Positions 38,863 to 42,131 of a DNA stretch of 42,131 nucleotides are shown piece after piece. This DNA comes from Pseudomonadota bacterium (GTDB lineage: Bacteria; Pseudomonadota; Gammaproteobacteria; Tethybacterales; Persebacteraceae). A program made the translations under genes and the position numbers. Every line of letters begins with the position of its first letter. The stretch's first letter is position 1. Under the pieces are notes generated by a model. It saw nothing but the letters and a program-made list of their open reading frames with translations, searched no databases and was not told the DNA's origin. The stretch is from positions 1 to 42,131 of the forward strand of contig JAHZKE010000002.1 in the NCBI GenBank assembly GCA_022600535.1, written 5' to 3'.

Positions 38863-40096
38863 TTAAGTAACAAATAAATTATCCAGAGTTGTAATAATTT
38901 TATTTATATATTCAGACTTTTCGTGTATTTCATGATATTGATTTTTATAACATTCAACTGGTCTTGCTAAAGGATGTATTGTTTGATCTAACTCTAAATG
39001 TAAAATAAATAAATCTGCTAATACGTCAAATTTTTTTTTCTGTAGTAATTTTTATTTTAGATTTAAATTCTTCATCTGTAATATTTTTGTTAGATAATTT
39101 TGTATAAAAACTGGGGAATTTATTTTTAATAATAATTATATAAGTGACAACGATAGCATTAGAAATAGGTTTTTGGGGGTCAAAATCTAATAAAGATAAC
39201 ATTATTTTGAGAGTGAGTAAATTTCTTTCAATTTCTCTAAATGATAATTGAAAATGGTTTGAAAATTTTTCTGATATTGTTATTATTTCATCAGTACGCA
39301 TTGAGTTAAATTTTAATCTATCCATACAATGATTTATATAGATTAAGTTATCAGTGCCATTTTTTTGTTTAGGCAATGGAAGGCGTAAATGTATAAATTT
39401 ATGTAAATAATTGTAACTGTCTATATCATTGCCGTATTCATGTTTAATAGATTGGCATAATTGTTCGCTGTTTGCTACTAAAAGAAAAACTATATTGGGA
39501 ACAGAGAATAAATGTTTAATGATTTCTAATATTTTAATAGCATAAGTTGGTTTGCATCTATCTAATTCATCAATGATAAATATAATCGGTTTGCTTTTAT
39601 AGTCTTTCGTCATATTATCTGGCAGTGCAGTTAGGTATTCTTTTAGTTTTTTTAGATTGTCTTCATTTTCATTAATTTTTTCCAATAATTTTTCAATGGC
39701 TTCAATACTATTACTTACTGCGCCAGCCGTGAATATATTCAAAAAATCTTTTGATACTGCGAGTATTATATTTTTTAATTTTTCTTTTTCTTTTTTAGAC
39801 GTTCCTTTTTCTGCTAAGCGATAAATTTTTTCCATGAAAGGTAATAAAGGTTGTTCATAATAATCGTCGGCAAAGACATCGTAATAGACAGTACAATGCC
39901 CTTCGTTTATAAAATATTTTTCAGACATTTTGGCAAATACAGTTTTGCCTTCACCCCACGGCGCATCAAGTAAAATTACCCGTTCATCAGGCATAGCGTT
40001 AATTATTTTTAATAACTGCTCCGCGAATGGTTTTCTATTAAAAATATCACTATTTTCAAATGTCATGTTTTCATTTGATGTAGGTTGATTCGTCAT
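38863..40096 (-). CDS. KAP-family P-loop NTPase, frameshifted at an A9 run (356 aa as written, 410 aa if one A is removed)
   Basis: D.FNR..FA, LDAPWGEGKT, IIDELDRC.P.YAI.ILE.IKH.F, YL.KFI; shifted frame open 55 codons to TAA at 38865-38863; very AT-rich. Confidence 0.88.
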
Positions 40097-40316
40097 AAAT
40101 TACTCCATTTCAATGCCTTCATTAGCGGTACTTTTTTGCAACTCTTTAACCTGATTATACGGAAGAAAAGCGCTGTAAAAATTATTAAATATGCTCTCCC
40201 AGTTGCTACTGGGGCGTTTGGTTTGCGTTGCCATGCTGTTTTTTTCTCCACTCATTGAAATATATTCAATCATTAAAAGGGCGATTAATTATCAATATAT
40301 TTCGCCAATATTTGGG

Positions 40317-41465
40317 TCATTCAGTATCCGCCACTTCACTCCCAAATTGCTCCGCCCAAGCATCTGCAAAGCGTTCTTTATATCGGGTTATTGCGGTTTC
40401 CGATAAATTCCATGGGTCTTCTTCGTTGTGTAAAATCTCGGCGTATTCGCGGTCGCCCTCCGTCCAATAAAATGCCGATAAGGCAAGGGGCAAGGGGCAT
40501 AGTTGCGGCAGGGTGCGATAGATTGCCCCGGGGGGACCATCACGCCCGGGGAGTATGCGTTTTTCGCCTAAGTATCCTTCAAAGGTATAAAAGGCATCGT
40601 TGGCGGGTAAAAATTGCAGTTGGTAATCTACTTGCTGCTTGCCATTAGTAATATCGTAACTGCTGTATATGCCGTTACTGTCTTCTAATGCTAATAAATG
40701 GTTTATGGTGTTTGCCGACATAAAGCCCGCCGATCGCCACTGATGGCGTTGTTCATTATGCGGATACAGTTCGTTAGATGAGATTGCTGCATCTATCTTT
40801 ATGGTTTCGCCAGCGGTAAAATGCTCGCCGCCAATTAAATACGTGCGCATGTAGTTATGCTGTTGTAGGATGACAGCACGTGGTTGTTTATTTTCTAAAA
40901 CAATAAAAACAGCGGTGTAATGGTCTAATTGATGCCAATCTTTACTGTCGGCAACAAGGTTAATTAGTTGCTGTTGCCAAGGGGATATGCCGGCAGGCAA
41001 GCCCGAAGCGCGAAAGGTAAAGTGATAGGATAAAAATGTTAGCGCGCGGTTGCCAAGTCCGGGGAGTTCAACAGTGCTGTAGCTAACATTGCCGTAGGCG
41101 ACAGGTGGGCTTGGGCGCGATTCGCCGTGGTGGCGAAAGTACGCAGCGGGGTCGTGTTTGTGTTGATTTAATTGTGCGGCGGTCGGGTTGTTAATGGTGC
41201 CCTCGGCGGTGGTGAGTATGCCGTCGCCAATATAATCTTGATAAAAGTTCAAAGGTCCTTCGGCATCGTTGTCAATGAATAGTTGCGGTTGGTATTGTCG
41301 TAGTAGTTTTTGTTCCGCAGTGTTGGCGGCAGTGTCGGGCAGCGCAGAGCGGATTTTTTCGAACCCTTCTATTTGGGTGAAATTGGATTCTTGATTGCCG
41401 CAACCTGCAAGTAGCAGAGAGAGCAGGGCGAATAGCGGCAGGCGTAAAAGGTGGGATAGGGGCAT
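40317..41465 (-). CDS. Hypothetical lipoprotein
   Basis: Lipobox LLLAGC after hydrophobic stretch; ATG 41465 preferred to TTG 41483; family not recognised. Confidence 0.75.
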   Translation of the reverse strand: MPLSHLLRLPLFALLSLLLAGCGNQESNFTQIEGFEKIRSALPDTAANTAEQKLLRQYQPQLFIDNDAEGPLNFYQDYIGDGILTTAEGTINNPTAAQLNQHKHDPAAYFRHHGESRPSPPVAYGNVSYSTVELPGLGNRALTFLSYHFTFRASGLPAGISPWQQQLINLVADSKDWHQLDHYTAVFIVLENKQPRAVILQQHNYMRTYLIGGEHFTAGETIKIDAAISSNELYPHNEQRHQWRSAGFMSANTINHLLALEDSNGIYSSYDITNGKQQVDYQLQFLPANDAFYTFEGYLGEKRILPGRDGPPGAIYRTLPQLCPLPLALSAFYWTEGDREYAEILHNEEDPWNLSETAITRYKERFADAWAEQFGSEVADTE

Positions 41466-41533
41466 GATAGTGAGTGTGGGCAAATTTTAGCAATAATTTT
41501 AAACTATTGTTGTTATTTATGGGAGATTTAACT

Positions 41534-41562
41534 GCATCGCTTTGCGCGTAGAATTTAAAGAG
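41534..41562 (+). repeat. Degenerate CGCT..CGTAG..TTAAAG module
   Basis: GCATCGCTTTGCGCGTAGAATTTAAAGAG resembles 28340-28368 and 36192-36214. Confidence 0.45.
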
Positions 41563-41613
41563 TAGCACGCGGTATAATATTTAGCTATATTATTTATAGG
41601 AGAGGGTTGCGTT

Positions 41614-42131
41614 ATGCAAGAGACAAAAAATTTTTCAAGTCGCGGGCAATGCTTGTGTGGCGGGGTGCGTTTTAATGCAACGGCGGCAAATGGCGATATC
41701 GGCATGTGCCACTGCAAAATGTGTCGCCGCTGGGCAGGAGGGTTGCCGCTTACGGTGCTTAATGCACAAGTTACGTTACAAGCAGAGGATACTTTGACGT
41801 GGTGGAAAAGTTCCAGTTGGGGCGAGCGCGGTTTTTGTAATGCGTGTGGTTGTTCGTTGTTTTGGCGGGCGGTGGATATGCCTGAGTCGTGGGCGGTCTC
41901 GGTGGGGGCATTAGAGGAAGAGAATGCTTTAACGTTGAGCAAACATATTTTTTATGATGACAAAGCGGCGTTTTATAATTTCACCGATGATGCACCGAAA
42001 AAAACGGGAGCAGAATTTACTGCTAAGATTATGCGTGCATTGGGTGAGGAGCACGGGGCAACAGCACAAAAGCAAGCATTGGCGCAATGCCGTTTATCCA
42101 AAGGCGATGTATTTACCGATGAGGTGGAGAA
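41614..42131 (+). CDS. GFA (glutathione-dependent formaldehyde-activating)/CENP-V family protein, 3'-truncated by window edge; not in ORF track
   Basis: Manual translation: GQCLCGGVRF, MCHCKMCRRW, SS.WGERGFCNACGCSLFW, HIFYD.K; AGGAG upstream; frame open to the end of the window. Confidence 0.93.
   Translation, partial: MQETKNFSSRGQCLCGGVRFNATAANGDIGMCHCKMCRRWAGGLPLTVLNAQVTLQAEDTLTWWKSSSWGERGFCNACGCSLFWRAVDMPESWAVSVGALEEENALTLSKHIFYDDKAAFYNFTDDAPKKTGAEFTAKIMRALGEEHGATAQKQALAQCRLSKGDVFTDEVE

Noticed and set aside
38600-40320. Integron cassette (attC) for the KAP gene
   Set aside because: No convincing RYYYAAC...GTTRRRY pair bracketing a palindrome and no integron integrase in the window.
127-40648. 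Remaining short ORFs nested in or antisense to recognised genes (e.g. 1431-2036, 3203-3655, 32304-32789, 34714-35091)
   Set aside because: No recognisable motifs; expected shadow frames of coding DNA.
41517-41942. 141-aa minus-strand ORF in the track
   Set aside because: Antisense shadow of the GFA gene on the + strand.

Overview
Gene-dense chromosomal window (roughly 45-50% GC by eye) of a proteobacterium with betaproteobacterial-type synteny (fur-bamE-dapB, hemA-prfA-prmC, Mth938-hom-thrC, rpsP-rimM-trmD, tig-clpP-clpX); a streamlined host-associated lineage is possible but not shown. About 40 CDS, mostly housekeeping, plus PHA-granule genes (phasin and phaR, with candidate operators) and a betaine-type homocysteine methyltransferase. 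Three defence-like singleton genes interrupt the core: a membrane-anchored Mrr-type nuclease, an orphan amino-MTase where rplS usually sits, and an AT-rich KAP NTPase frameshifted at an A9 run. Each is followed, in its own orientation, by the same 17-bp motif (TTGCCRAATATGKGCYG). Most larger intergenic gaps are mosaics of short TTAA-bounded palindromic modules, one tandemly duplicated together with the 3' end of a gene. Other points: a Fur lacking most regulatory metal ligands, a candidate pseudoknotted sRNA upstream of hrcA, an unannotated 46-aa membrane protein, and several apparently leaderless genes. No tRNA, rRNA, CRISPR array, integrase or transposase was recognised.
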